Assembly: GCA_002633005.1 (NCBI GenBank)
Contig: NMRA01000962.1
Coordinates: 23,789-87,788 of the forward strand
Source of the DNA: Phoronis australis
Lineage: Eukaryota; Animalia; Phoronida
Length of the DNA stretch: 64,000 bases
Direction of reading: 5' to 3'
Made by a program: the position numbers and the translations under genes. This document shows, piece by piece, positions 1-13,810 of the stretch; the stretch's first letter is position 1, and each line of letters begins with the position of its first letter. The notes beneath the pieces are model-generated. The model searched no databases. It was given only the letters and a program-made list of their open reading frames with translations, and was not told the DNA's origin.

Positions 1-3000
1 TCCGGAATATTCCAGTTTTACGTATTTAAGAGTTATCACCATTTTTTCTCCCCTGGTTACTGACAACTGAGCACTACAATGAGCAAGGTTGGTATAACTT
101 CTTCTCCTAGTAGTTTTGAACACTCCCGAATTCCCTGTCTTTTTGTGAAAACAGTAATAAGCTGGTATCAGGCTGAAAACGTAACGATACATCAGAAACA
201 ATTTAGCTTCTGCAGATCCAAGATGTCGGAATGTAATTTGCACAGTCATCGCATCCATTATCCAGACTCGTTCCTTCAGTTGTTTATGAGAGCCACATAA
301 GACATATTCTCGTTTTGTTTTCAGTGGGGTGGGGGATGTCATGAAACGACCTTTAGGGCGCACGCCAAACGAACGAACTTTTATGTAAGGTCCTCTGGTG
401 GAGTTACAAGAATCATTTTGCGACACAAAAAATTCAACAAAGAACAACTGTATTCTAAAACTTCGTGTTGGTGACATGGATCTCAATGTCCACCGAAGCT
501 CGTTTCCTTGTAGCTTTTTGTTATACTCCGCACCAACCAAAATGTCGGCGCATGTTGTGCTTCGCACAAACATGAGAAGAAATTGAACCTGGAAAACTAG
601 TTTCATGACTCCTCTTGCTTGACTCCACGTAGTGCTGGTGCAGTGTTTCCAGGGAGTGTTCTGAAAGATAAAGTTACACATGAAAACTGAAGTATTGTTG
701 CCAAACGGTTCTGAGAACGACCAGGTAGCTCAAACATTGGCTTTAAATGGGTCTATTCGGGCATATGTCTCTATGAAAACATCGAACAAAAGCCGCATCA
801 ACTCGGGGGGACCGTTTTCACGGAGAAACTAACATGGAAAAGCTGATCAGGCGCACATATGTGTGTAAACAAAACTGTCACGGAGCAAGTTGACATCGCG
901 GTGCCCATTTTTGACATAGGTTTGAGAGGTAGAGCGAGTTGCACTCGATCAGCTGCTCCAGTTTTAATTGAACGTCTAAACATAAACTTTGCCAAGGCAA
1001 AAGGGTTCATCTCTATACCACTTGTGTAATAGCGTACATACGAGAGATTGGCTAGCATTCCGCGTGGTTTCGACTTTCGCTATTGCTCATACAAGCATGC
1101 GCAGACAGTCTTCATAAAAATGACTCGTATTGATCCAGTTTGTCATTATTTAATGTCGTGTAAATGAGTCTAAAGTAAAACAAGTCGTGCCGTGACAATT
1201 CGCATCGAGTTTCCCATGTAAAAACAACTAAACAAAGGCACAAACACACACTAATAATTCAAGTACGCCTTTCTTTGTGAGTCCACGGATAAGTTCCATA
1301 ATACACAAACTTTCATTTGTGCCGTACCAAGAATCTTTTTTATTCCATACAACCACAAAGAGAGGCTTGCATAATAAACTCGCCCCCTAACAGCCGGCTT
1401 CTCGATCTCTACACCCAACGAGTAAACTGAAACATTAAACCGACTGCAAAATCGACGTTTCTTGCGCTGTGTAGTGGCTGCGCTTACGTTTTTCCTTAGA
1501 AAGGGGCCCCTTATGACGTCATATAACCTCCTTTATCACTGACTAGACTCTCAAGTCACAAGACAAAAGGGTTGACGTAATGATACATCACACACACTTC
1601 TCGACATCTACAGCCGCAGGTAGAAAAAATGAAACGAAAGCTCTTTGAGGAATGACACTTGGCGAAATAGAATAAAAATTGTGGTGAGGTCGACAACGAA
1701 ACCAAAAACATCAACAACCACGACCCCGACGTTCATGAATTACACCAGTGTAAAGAAAAAAGATCAACATTAAAAGTGCACTGAGGAATCAGTCAATAGA
1801 AAACAGTCATCGAATCAGAAAACTCGAGAAAGATAACTCGTAGCGAGAAACTAATCGCAGAAAGCCCGTGACATATCAAATTGGAAAAGGTCCGGTCCAA
1901 GAATCGCGGATCTAGAGATCGCAAACGTAACTTTACAAATGACCGTTACAGACCCATCTTGTGTCCCATTTCGCCCTAAAAAACGTCCTCGAGGTATTGA
2001 GTATATAAAAAAGTAGGGGAGAGACCAGTGTGAGTAGAGAAACTTTTTTGTTCATGGCTGATATTTCGATGAGTTGTGGGATAAAGCGCACGGATCTTAT
2101 ACCGGTATTGAAGTGATTTAGTCGACTGAAGCAAAAAATCAATCTGTATCTTCATACGTTCAGTTGTGGTTAAAAATATGAAGCTCAAAGTATCTAGGTG
2201 TGGAGGACAGTTGAGCACTTCGTGATACCCCAATGGACAACTGTCCCGTCCAGGAATAGTTGAAAGACTCAGACTGCTGTAAACGGAGTAAGTGTCCGGC
2301 CTCCTGACCCCGATGGCTCGCGATGGCTTTTTCATACCGTGTTTCGCACAGAAGCTAAAAACACGACTATGGATTATGATAATGTGACATATAGTCACGT
2401 GACTAAGATAGTACATTTGACTGTTTTTTTGTAATGCGTGGGACTGTCGAGAGTAGGTTCGGTACATTTAACAACAATTTAACTACCATTCCACGAGACC
2501 ACCAAAAGGTCGACTCCAGGGTCACCTACTCAGATCTTGAGAAAATTGTGTGTTCATACATTCTAGTGAGATGTGTTCAAAATGTTTATTTCAATTTTGG
2601 GATCATAATTCATGAATAATACTCCATAAACCATTAATGGTTAGGCCCAAAATACATGTTGCCCATTTTGGTTCAAAAAGGTCCAGTTAGTAACGTAGTT
2701 TTAATATGTTTTAAAATTACGGTAAAATTCTTTATGATGTTTATGTAGATATTAAAACTTTCTATCAGCATTTTCTATAGAGCTTTCCGTTAACCTTCAT
2801 TGGAGTGCAAAAAATCGGTAAAGTTTAGCCAGTTTTGTGTATTTGATTTTTAGCCGTTTTTGAGATGCTCCGGGGACAAGTTTCGGGGTGCTGGTGATTT
2901 CATATATATTAATTGTTTCCTTCAGCTAAAAAAATGAAAAATTAAAAAAACGTAATTTTTGTTTGTTTCTAAGCAACAGCCGATAGAAAGCACACGCCAT

Positions 3001-4585
3001 CGCGTAGTTTACAGGCCTTGACTACGGGTAGTATGCAACTTTGTCTCGTAAAACCCATAAAGGGACTTCATTAATTTTTTAAAATATATTTCTATGTTGA
3101 TGAAATCTGTCGATGTCAATTCTATATGATTGATCTACATACCATAGCAGTTTAGTAAATTTCATGAAATTTTGCCAAAATGTTCCTATCCAGAAAACGA
3201 TGGCACATGGATGTTTTCGAATGCTTCTAACCTGTGTTATCCGACCAATGATAGTTTTAACGTTCTGGAAACCGTTCATATGTCTACACGTACCGTGTGT
3301 ACCCCTTCGCGTCAGCTGCAAACTAGTGCTTTGTCCTGGTAACGTCCAAATTATTACCTGACAATCATTACATAAAATATAAAATCATTTCAATCTGAGT
3401 CTTGTCATTTCTACAAAATGATAATCGTTTAATTGATTCTATCCAAAATTGATTTTGTTACTTGTTGTCGCACTTCTATAAAAGATAAAAACTCTATGTC
3501 TTAAAATTGTTAGATGGACGGACTTCAAACTTTAATGGTGACTGAGGATTGCTTCTAGCAAAATAAATCTGAAGTTATCCCGGAACAAATTTGCATATTA
3601 AAATATGTAAACCAAAATAATCCACCATAAGTAACTTAAAAGGCACTTTAAAATTTTTCAGCTATACAGGCAGAGCCAAAATCACGTTGAGCATGCATAA
3701 TTGTTACCATGGCGACAGAGTACCATAAAATCGTTCTCCTTAAAGTAGAATTTGACAAGCGTGATAATAAAAGTGCATTTAGCCGCGAGGCAGAAGGATT
3801 CGAGTATCCTGTTTCTGTAAATTAATTAAGATTTTTGACATTTTGTTATGTTGATATAACCTGAAGTTGAAAGTAACTAGTTACAAAGCATGAATACAAA
3901 GCACAATTTATATATATAATTTGTAGGCATATCTGTTCTATTACAAGTGACACATAATCACGCCTTGGAGAAAAGTTGACTTTCAAACAAAAAAAAAACA
4001 TTTCAAACCTATTTTAGCAGAGTGCAAGGTCACTTGAATGGACAGTTGTTATTGAAATATATAGATTATGCCTTGTTCTTAGGGTACAAACAGACAATTG
4101 TACAAAACAGCTTTTATATAGCAGCATGTCGCCGATGACAAAGTAGCCGGTTGAGCATGAATTTCAGTTCAGTAAGAGTCGGCATGTTGGCGATGCCGCC
4201 GGAAATGTGACTAAGTCCAGCTTGAATTGTGAGCACTTTAGTTTAACCATTCCATAAGTTACATCTACGTTTTGAGGTTATCTCAAACATTATTTAGTGT
4301 CCTTAATTCTAACTCGTGTATCAGTCAACTAGTAAATGTATATATTTTCTGAAAGGAAAAAGATCAGAAGTTCTGAAAATATGTTTTATATTCATGTGCC
4401 ATTATAATTATTACGTCAATACCTGTTAATTCAATATTTCACTTTTAGAAAGGTACATTTATGGGAAATATCCCCTGGGTCGATTTTAATGAAACCTTGT
4501 TTAAATAGGAGCTTTTTCAATCTCAACTGAATTTACAGTATGCGATTAATCAGTTTTCAATAAAACGTTTTAAGTTTGTGAATGT

Positions 4586-5468
4586 GCCGCGAGACAGGCT
4601 TGGTCAATGCGGGGGTCAGCAGTTAAGTAGGTCAACAGTTCACGCCGTGCAGACTAATATGAAACCAAGTACGAAATGGACAGCACAAATCGAGTCGGTG
4701 GTTAAAGCGCGTTGCGAGCACGAGATCAAAACAGCGAAATATCAAAGTACCGATCATATTAATGAAATTGGGTGAGGATTTATTTCTTTTCACAGCTTGC
4801 TATGTTCGTCAACACAAAATCCCAGAGGCGGTGCGGCGACTCGGACTCTGTCCATTTGTTCTCAACAATCTTATGGATGCAGACGCTCAACTCCTTCGGA
4901 ATCAAAACTACGTTTTATCTGCGTTTTTCGCGACATCTTTCTATCCTGTGTACAGAGACATTACGATGGCACGTGCTACAAATTAAGACCAAAAACAAAG
5001 TCAATGAAAAATTACTGCNGCCGCGAGACAGGCTTGGTCAATGCGGGGGTCAGCAGTTAAGTAGGTCAACAGTTCATTGTGGTAAACACCACACGCCGTG
5101 TAGACTAATATGAAACCAAGTACGAAATGGACAGCACAAATCGAGTCGGTGGTTAAAGCGCGTTGCGAGCACGAGATCAAAACAGCGAAATATCAAAGTA
5201 CCGATCATATTAATGAAATTGGGTGAGGATTTATTTCTTTTCACAACTTGCTGCGTTCGTCAACACAAAATCCCAGAGGCGGTGCGGCGACTCGGACTCT
5301 GTCCATTTGTTCTCAACAATCTTATGAATGCAGACGCTCAACTCCTTCGGAATCAAAACTACGTTTTATCTGCGTTTTTCGCGACATCTTTCTATCCTGT
5401 GTACAGAGACATTACGATGGCACGTGCTACAAATTAAGACCAAAAACAAAATCAATGCAAAATTACTG
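4586..5468. repeat. Near-identical ~435/450-bp tandem duplication across an N (probable haplotype/contig overlap)
   Basis: 4586-5017 is repeated at 5020-5468 with a few SNPs and one ~15-bp indel; the junction is exactly the N at 5019. Confidence 0.85.
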
Positions 5469-6894
5469 GTGGTCTCAGCCCAACTGCTCCATCAATGAAC
5501 ATGTGTCACGGAAGCTACGTTTGGCACCAAACGAGACAACTCTTTTCTATTCTTTTCTGACATTATTAACACAAATAAAACAATGAATATTAAACAATGT
5601 AATGGGGATTGATTTGGTAGCAGCACTCGGTAAATCTTCGTCGATCAGACAACCAGTGAAATTCCGGGGTCTTATCTCAAGCTCTTACATTAGAGGACAC
5701 GGGTCATATGAGGAATTGATATTCCAGTCGAACTTCAGCAGGCGCGCATACATTGTTGTAAGTTTGAAAATCAGCGTCCTCGCATATCCCGTGGCGGTAA
5801 AACGCCCCTCTGTTTCGCGATAACTTTCAACACACGCCTTCACGCAAGCGAATTTGTTTTATGACTCTTTACCAATCTATTATTGGGTCACGTGACCATG
5901 TCTTTTTAGTAAAATTGAGCAGAAGGGTACATTGATAGTAAAATAATACTGTCGAATTTTATTTTATTTGATATATACATGTGTATGTTCAAGGTCAGAG
6001 TTCAAAAACGTTTTTACAATTTTCTAAAAGATCAGCTCGTTTTCGTTTTATACAATTTGAGATTTTCCATGAAAATCATAAAAATTTTATGTGTCAATAG
6101 CTCCTCCTGCAAAAATGAAACGTTTTAGATACAATCCCTTTAAGAACATTTTTAGTACAGTGCATAAAGCACAGTACCTGAAAGTGTCATATCATTCCGA
6201 GCAGCCGCTTCGGAGACACGCTGTTTCGAAGTCAGCCAAATTTGGCCATTTTATTGGGTTCTACATAACATATCGATTTCTTCATACCATGAGAGCTCGC
6301 TTTTCAACACTGCATGTTTCAACCTCATTGCATAAGAGCCATGTCATTAGAAATCCCTTCGTCAGATTTTGGTGATCATAACATAAGCAGAAGTTAAATA
6401 ATTTAATTCATAAGTGATTATCATTTCTCATACCTAACTGGTTTAAAAATATTGTTTAATTCTAAAAATCATAATTGTGACCAAAATGCATAAAATACAG
6501 CGTGTAGTAGTAACATAAAAAAGGAAATGAATCAGAAAGGTTATATACTAGTTAAGCCATTAGGGAAATAAATTCAATGATTCAAAAAAGATTTCCACAA
6601 AGGTTTTAGAATATGGATCCCTCACACATGCTGTGGATAATTAAGTCAGGCATTCATCCAAAGTTATAATCTTTATATATGATAATTCATTGACCCATTG
6701 GTACCGTTTGATACAATTATTCAGTGAAAATTCAGAACCTGCGAAATATGAGATAAACTACTCTAATTATCTATCCGAAATTTGCAAGTAACGGTTTTCT
6801 GATAGATGAAAAATGGGCAAACATATATCACATAGCTTTGAAATGTACTGTGGATAGCTCATCATGGACTTTTCATAAAAGTTTAGAAATAAAC

Positions 6895-7560
6895 TCTTTA
6901 ATCCCGTACGCGTTGAATCTGTCGAGGGCAATACGACCATGTAATAATGGTTTCCGTATTCAACTTCCGCACTACTTGAACAGTGTCCTCTGACATGGAA
7001 AGTTCAAAAGGTAGATCAATATCGACTAGGCGTTGTCAGCTGGTTTGATCATCAAACATTCCGAATATAGTTAAAAGTAATACAGTTGCAGCAGTCTAAA
7101 TAACACTACACATGCAATCAGGTCCTAAACGTATCGTCTGGTACAAAGCTGTTAATTATGTGACACTTCTGTCTCAGATTTCAATTGCTGAATATTATAT
7201 CGTCTGCAACTCAGGCGACGATTCCTCGCAATCCTCGGTGACTACAATATCAAATATTGTTGTTATTTAACTATTTTCAGGAGATGTTACAAGTTTAATG
7301 CACAGTTACCGTTGTTTTCATCTGTGTTATATCTTTTCAAGTAATAAATCGTCACATTTAAAACTGTTCCTTTAACTAGAGAAAACTTGCAACCTAACGC
7401 GCAAGTACATACATATAGGATGTGATCCGCCAAGTGAACAGTCAGAGTGAAGTATTTAAAAAATTTGCCAAAAAATGAAAGACACTTAGGAATTCGAAGC
7501 GTATGGGATAAATACAGAACGTACCTCGATTGGCGCACATGAAGTAATATCCCATTCGAC
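6895..7560. repeat. Dispersed repeat, copy 1 (inverted relative to 36690-37345)
   Basis: Reverse complement aligns colinearly with 36690-37345; ORF-track peptides 7287..7562(-) and 36572..36965(+) share GILxHVRQSRYVLYLSH...CALGCKFSLVK...NNGNCALNL. Confidence 0.85.
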
Positions 7561-7854
7561 ATTATTATAATATCTCGTGGTATATTACTTCTTCTACGCC
7601 ACTGTCGGTACGTTTTGTGTATTTCTTCAGAAAGTAAAAGTTAGTGATGATGATACATGTAGTGTATTTTATCCTAAACAAGATACATTGTAACACATTT
7701 TACGGTTGTTATGTTACTAAAGAAAGTGGACTCTGAAAAATAGCAATATTCATAAAAATCGCCTATGTTATTTTGAAAACCTGCTGCATAGCTGTCACGA
7801 TCAACATTATAGAACGAAAAAATGGATTGAAAAGCGGGACCTCGGGATAAAAAG

Positions 7855-8020
7855 CAAGACATCTGGGTGTAAGCCTGAACGTAAGGTTGAAATGTTCGCT
7901 GAAACACACGAAGACGTACCGACCGCGATTTTCGTCAAACACCCAAAAATGCCCAACAGCGTTTCTGTTGTTGTTTTATAGCTGAATGGAAAAGTGCTGG
8001 TGTCACAAAAACCAATGAAA
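7855..8020 (-). pseudogene. Degenerate THAP zinc-finger remnant (DNA transposon-derived)
   Basis: Minus strand with frameshifts reads ...KRCWAF...LRV(c)SEHF...RLHPDVL, matching the THAP W...VCSxHF...RLxPxAVP pattern. Confidence 0.4.
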
Positions 8021-8424
8021 CGTCCCGCTTTTTTTCTTTTTAGTCGAAGGGGGAAATATGGCTATGTCGCGTGGGAAAATACAATAGTATATAATATATG
8101 TACATATATGTCAATTTGGCCTGTGGCAAAAAGCGGGTCAGTTAGATGGTGTGGCGTGATAGCGGAAAAAAAGTAAAAATTGGGACAGTCCGCGAAGAGC
8201 GGGGTAATTGGCAAATACATCGCACGTTGTCACCAACACAATGAACTGGATTGAGTTCTTTTACAAGGAAAACTTTCCGTTTTTGTAAATTATGTTTCAC
8301 GGTTATTGGTGAATACTACAGATAACAGTGAGTCTACTTCTTTAAAATCGAATTAACAAAAAACGGCATCTAGGCAATAGGTAAATTTTGTTCAAATGAA
8401 TTATGGAAACAATTGAAAACAAAA

Positions 8425-8495
8425 GACACCCACACGCACGCACGCACACACACACAAACACACACACACCCACACAACACACACGCACAAACGCA
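8425..8495. repeat. Imperfect (CA)n/(CGCA)n microsatellite
   Basis: cacacgcacgcacgcacacacacacaaacacacacacac... Confidence 0.9.
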
Positions 8496-9155
8496 CTTAC
8501 CTAAGCAATTAAGAGTTATTTTTCGAAAGTTACGTGTTTTGGGGCCTAAACTTTTCGTTTAGGTCCAATGTAACTAATTCTTTCCGTTCAGTAATTTAAC
8601 ATGATTTTAACACCCAAAAATGTGTTGTTGAAAAACTTCTGGCATGTAGTATGATAGGTTGTCGAAGGTGGTTCTGCGACTGGAGATGAAAAGATATCAG
8701 AGGCCAAAGTTCTCCCGGTATCCACCCAGGGCCACAGGTCGGTGCTTACAAAGAATGACCAGTGTACTTGTCGGGTTTTTTGACTAATTTTGCCGAGAAA
8801 TTGCTGATCCTAAGGATTGTGTGGAGTCTCGCTTGATAAACAATAACAACAAAATGAAGCAATGAAAATAGGCTAACTCTCAGTCAAAACTGAATCGAGC
8901 AGGCAGCCGGAAATTCTCAGTGCTAGATCTCACGGCTAGTCTCGGGATCACATGCTCAAGTACTAGATTACATAGTTCACGTGCGGGAATCGACCTATCG
9001 CCAAGATTATGACTGACGGTTTAACTGACAAATCAGAACGCAATATTTTTGACACACCTTTGTCTGCGTTTCCAAGCCGCCATTTTACCCGACAATCAAC
9101 ACGTTGGTGTTCAAAACTTATTTTAGTCCATATCTCAAGAAATTGTGTGCTAATA

Positions 9156-9370
9156 ATGGTGAAACGGTGTTGATGTGGCATGTGTAATTCCGACAACCGT
9201 TGTGCAGCTCGAGAAGAATATCCCGTAATTTTTGGGCATCTCCTAAGCCGAAAAGTGAAGTCAAAAGGTGTAAACTGTGGATCAAACTGTGTGAACGGAC
9301 ACACGAGCAGCTGCACTTGGCAATGTTGGTTGATTATTCAAAGGTTAAATACAAATATACGTGTTCCAAG
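9156..9370 (+). pseudogene. THAP domain, N-terminus of transposase (stop and frameshift)
   Basis: MVKRC*CGMCNSDNRC...VIF/WASPKPKSEVKRCKLWIKLCERTHEQL...KYTCSK; C-x4-C...P...W...CSK THAP signature. Confidence 0.75.
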
Positions 9371-10149
9371 ATACGCCCTTTTCAGTTTGGTGGGTAGGCC
9401 CATCTGATTTTGACTCCCGAGTTTCACTCGTGTGGCCGCCTTTGTCTCGGCACCTGCTGGATCTCAGCACTACTCTAGCGGTAGTCCCGGAAGATGTTGT
9501 TTTAAGGACATTTTTATTATTTTTCCATTTATTTTGACCTAATGGACATCATTTTGTTCGTAGCAGAGGTACATTTTTTGCCATTCATATATCCATAGGC
9601 TCTCCAAAATTGAGAGATTCGATCGGCACAGGGAGGGGCACTAGATTACTGAACTCAAAGCTTTGTTCGAGCTGTTGTCACGAAAAAAAAAACAATCACA
9701 ATCACTTTCTGATGAGAATATCTAGTATTCACTTTGCCTGTAGAGTTAGAAAGAGCTCATGTTCAAACATGATATTGAGATTTATGAAGCTTTAAAAAGG
9801 AATTTTAGTTATTTTTCTAAATAGCCTATTTTGCCACTACACCAGACTTGTCATCTTTTGTAACCATACCAGAGCTTAGTGATCGTGATACGTTTAATAT
9901 TAACTGAAAGCTACTTTTATGCAATGAAACTACAAAAAGTGCAAAGTTGTTCAGAAGGTAGACCTTAAATGTCTTAATGGTGCAATTAGTTAATTCCATG
10001 CATTAATTTGACTTAGACACAGCCCAAGACCTACCGGAGCTAACTGCTTGCCTAGAACAATATGAGTGTTTTTTTGAGCTATGAACCTGAGTTTTTTGTT
10101 AATCGAAATATTTCGTTCGAAGATTAGAAAAGCATAAACAGTGCTATCG

Positions 10150-10590
10150 ACTCGATCTACTTTACTCGGGGAGTCCCACCAGTTGTGACTTACTTTTCAT
10201 TTGGCGGAAATTAGCAGACTGCAGAATAACAATGTCGATGAATCTTCATTGATGTTGTTTGAAAGATCCTGAAAACTATGGCATCGTACAGATAATTCGC
10301 CTTCATTGTACATACCGAGCTTTACCTGAACATATCTCATCAGTGGCCTTGTCAGGTTAAGGTGAACCCCGTGTGGGGTTCTTCGGATTTTCGATGGCTC
10401 CGAAATACTTTTGTTCGATCACTTATTATTTCATCGTCACCTTTACTAATTCCCACATCATGAACGTACGATTCTCTGCTGAAAAGCATCGCCTGAGGTC
10501 TGTGTATAAGCGTTTTTGGAGAGTGCAAAAAAACACTCATCGACTCCACTAGAAACGTCGTTTAGCGACAGTGTATTTGCCTCTGACATC
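10150..10590 (-). pseudogene. N-terminal remnant of SWIM zinc-finger/YqaJ-exonuclease-type transposon accessory gene
   Basis: Minus strand FSRESYVHDV...KVFRSHRKSEEPH...ICSGKA followed by a GTATGT...TTTTCAG intron; resembles the YVHDV/FRSxRKSExPH/CSCKAG N-terminus recalled for these proteins. Confidence 0.5.
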
Positions 10591-10751
10591 TTGTTTGTTT
10601 GTCGGCTGTCACGTGACTTTTTGCAAAAGGGCCGAGCTTGCGATAGGTCAATTGGTATACCATGGCTAGATTTCTATTGAATAAATGGAGCTTATATACA
10701 TGTATTACAAAAGTATCATAACGCGTGCGTTTGATAATTGGGGGCAAACTT

Positions 10752-11038
10752 TCACTTTGACCACTTAAAGATGCATAGCGTCATTAAATTGTGATTATGC
10801 AAATGAAGTACTAATTTACAAAAAACCCGGGTCCTCCAGTGTGCCGTAACCATCCGAGATCCAGTTACAAATACACTCTCGCGAAAGTCTCGTTTTGCGA
10901 AGCCATTTTTATGTAAATGAGTATGGTAAAACATCATCATGACTGTCGATATTCCGATGCCGGCCAAGAGAACAAATAAGGCGTATAACTTTGTGTATTT
11001 GAAACTCGTCTTTCGTGCATCAGGCGGCAACTCAGATT
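10752..11038 (-). CDS. Candidate host exon encoding a single transmembrane helix
   Basis: Acceptor ctgtctgtttgcag at 11039; frame reads SELPPDARKTSFKYTKLYALFVLLAGIGISTVMMMFYHTHLHK (hydrophobic ~20 aa run); no family recognised. Confidence 0.3.
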
Positions 11039-11936
11039 CTGCAAACAGACAGTGAACTGGCGTTAAATTCGCACACAGTTCTCGTCCACATTCCTTAAGA
11101 CGCCACGGGAATCTCTGGGAAACCCCCACAGCATTGTCGTTACCCTAATGAAACAAGGCACAATTTTTGTTATTTGTTTATTTCACTATCAAAGAGCGAT
11201 TGCATAATAGTTGGAATTACATGTACTAGGGTTTTTATATGTTCACACTTATTTTTAAGTGTATCGGTTTTGGTGCTACAATTTTAAATATTCCGTAAAA
11301 ATGTTTTTTATTCTGGCTTTCAAGGTAAGATTGATACGATTGGTTAAAATATGTGTTGCTTGGAAAAGTGTTCCCTACAAGTTTAAATAAGTGGCAAGGA
11401 GCTTTAGTATGGCTAAAAAATTAGAATTCGCCGATTGATTGCTTGAATGCGGCGTGCAGTGACGTTAATGGTGAATGGTCACGGTGGAAGAAAGAAATTT
11501 TTTAACCTTGATTGCATACGCCTGTGTGGATTTAGGCTTTGAAAACAATTTCACTCCCTTAAAATTCCTTTAACAAAGAGGAAGGTCCCATTTGACGCCA
11601 AAAAACGTGTGACTGTAAGTGACAAATCATGATCAGCCATTTTCAGAAGTTTCTGTTTTAGATGCTTTTGACGACTTAAAGAATCCATTTTTCTTTTGTC
11701 CTTGGGTAAAATTGCAAAAAGTGAACATTTCTTTTCATCATATGATCTATGACTAGGGAAAAGCGTGTCTGAGATTTTTATCAAGCAACAAACATCAACC
11801 ATCCACAATTACTTCGGAATTGTTTTACATATAAATAGAAATTTCGATGGTTCGCATCTCTTATGTTGGTAGGTAAATTGAAGCTGTTATAGAAATCATT
11901 GACATAAAATTAACCGAGAGTACCAGTTTTCTGTCT

Positions 11937-11995
11937 GGCCATAGTTCAGTGGTATGAAGTGCGCGCATAAAAGGTTTCAAGTCACCGACGAAGCT
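11937..11995 (+). other. Possible tRNA-derived SINE head (degenerate A/B boxes)
   Basis: GGCCATAGTTCAGTGGTA (A-box-like) then GGTTTCAAGTC (B-box-like); no full cloverleaf. Confidence 0.25.
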
Positions 11996-12937
11996 ATCAT
12001 CGAGATAAATGTGACACTAATTACGTGTAAGTACATGTTTTCAGTTTCACGATATTATTGTTCTTTTGATGCTATTAACAACAAACTTGTTAACAATGTC
12101 ATAAAAACGTCAGCGTAAACAGCTATTCGCCTACTCAACATGAGATCAACGGAGTCTAATGCATACAACAAACAGTTCACCCGCAATGCGCGTTTCCCAG
12201 AAAAATACTTTCACTGTGTTTAAAATAAACAAGCATATTTTGTTCCGCATGCAGAGAATGTTGCTCTAGAATATACACTCAAAGTTGCTGCATCAGCCAC
12301 AACGTCTGGGAGCCTTGCACAGATATTGCTCAACGAAGTCAAAGCAGACAGTGCGAAAACTGAAAAACATCAGGAATAGAAACAAACTTTAACTTAGAAA
12401 TAGATTTCAGCACACACTCTGACGAAAATACTGAAAATAGCACAGATATGCACCGCAAGTCTATAGCTGTTGTAAAACACAACTTGAACTGCGGTGTCAT
12501 GCAGGCTGCAAAAATTCAATATTGCGTGCACGTATACGTTTCACGCGATCAGCGATCCCCATTGATAAAAAATGACAAACGGCTCAAAAACAAGCGGAGC
12601 AATCTGTGGAAACCTGCTTCGGTAAAGAAGCCTCAGAGTGGCGCATAAGATAAATATGTTTTTGTCACGTACGTGTTTGAACCAAGTGTATTATTATATC
12701 ACAAATATAGATATAATAATCACTGGTACAAATACGTACATTGTATAACATTTTCATGTGCCATCTTATCCGTGATAGTATGGCCATGAAATACGGGTCG
12801 TATTGTGTGGTAGGACGTGAAAGAACTACCTTTGCGTATTTAGTGAGCATGCAATACGGATTTTCCGAACGCCTTCTTTTTCGCCAAAATTTCATACTGT
12901 ACACACAATACATTGCAATCACCAGAAACATGATTGC

Positions 12938-12978
<41 letters not shown>

Positions 12979-12980
<2 letters not shown>

Positions 12981-13810
12981 GTAGCAGACCTTCTTTTATA
13001 CATGTTTCATTGAAAAGTAAGCTGTTCTTTGCTTTATTTAGTTTGTACAACAAACTTTCGTAGTGTCTACACAAGTGTCTTTCATCGGATGGTAGTTGAT
13101 ATAATAGATCGCCCAGTGTAAGTGGCATCACGAACACATATATATGAGTAAATATATAATAAAACTCTGTACAAAAAACATATCATAATAAAACAGTAGC
13201 GGTACTTCGACTATACATCAGTCATCAAAATTTAAAAATCATAACGCTATCGTGTAAGATACATGAAACAAGAATTTTACAATGACATTAAACACGAATA
13301 TAAGGTTGCATACATAAGAGCGCAATTACAGAAGGAATTGTCATGGAAACTAATGTACTATGAAACGTTATAAAAATTTAATAAAATACATAGGTGTTTC
13401 AACTTATAGACATTATTTATACTGTATAACGACAAGGTATGATGAAACCCAGTATTTTCGGAATTTATGTCAGGAGTTTCAGTTTTTATTATTAAAGCTT
13501 CTAGTATTTTCAAACGAAATCAGTCAAGTTCGAAATACCTGACGATGGTATTGTCAACAATATCTGAACGAGAAATTTTCTGTTTGTGGAGTGTTTGGAA
13601 GTGATCTTTAATTGATCCATTCTGTAAATGCATAGATAACCGGCGAGATAAAGTGCAAGTTGTATAACAAACATACCTTGAGCAATCAGTGCTTGAACGA
13701 ATACATTCGTTGTCGGGACAATTGAACTTATAAATCAAGTCAGTTTTGGCTACCACTCGGACAGACTTTGAGCACACATTGTTTTTAACAACAAGATCTT
13801 TAGTTTTATG
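12979..13810 (-). repeat. Inverted pseudo-LTR copy of the Penelope 3' region (GIY-YIG, 3' UTR, ORF start)
   Basis: Reverse complement of 14528-15285 at roughly 90% identity by eye; ORF 13520..13855(-) mirrors 14380..14910(+). Confidence 0.9.

Larger units (their letters stand above)
8991..10650 (+). mobile_element. Internally deleted ISL2EU-like (PIF/Harbinger-related) DNA transposon
   Basis: TIRs CGACCTATCGCCAAG (8991) and CTTGCGATAGGTCA (ends 10650), each flanked by AT (2-bp TSD); contains convergent THAP (+) and SWIM/YqaJ-type (-) gene remnants, the known two-gene ISL2EU layout. Confidence 0.7.

Noticed and set aside
4586-5468. Duplicated 74-aa ORFs (MKLGEDLFLF...) as tandem genes
   Set aside because: Duplication is centred on an N join with allele-level differences, so likely an assembly overlap; the peptide has no recognisable motif
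2641-8549. Possible Zator-like TIR pair (TTAGGCCCAAAA / TTTTGGGGCCTAA)
   Set aside because: Match is short, flanks (TTA vs TAA) are not a direct duplication, and no transposase remnant was seen
13200-13235. Hammerhead in the Penelope pseudo-LTR (minus TTGATGACT...AGTCGAAG)
   Set aside because: Core is imperfect and not preserved in the second arm (~15085-15115)
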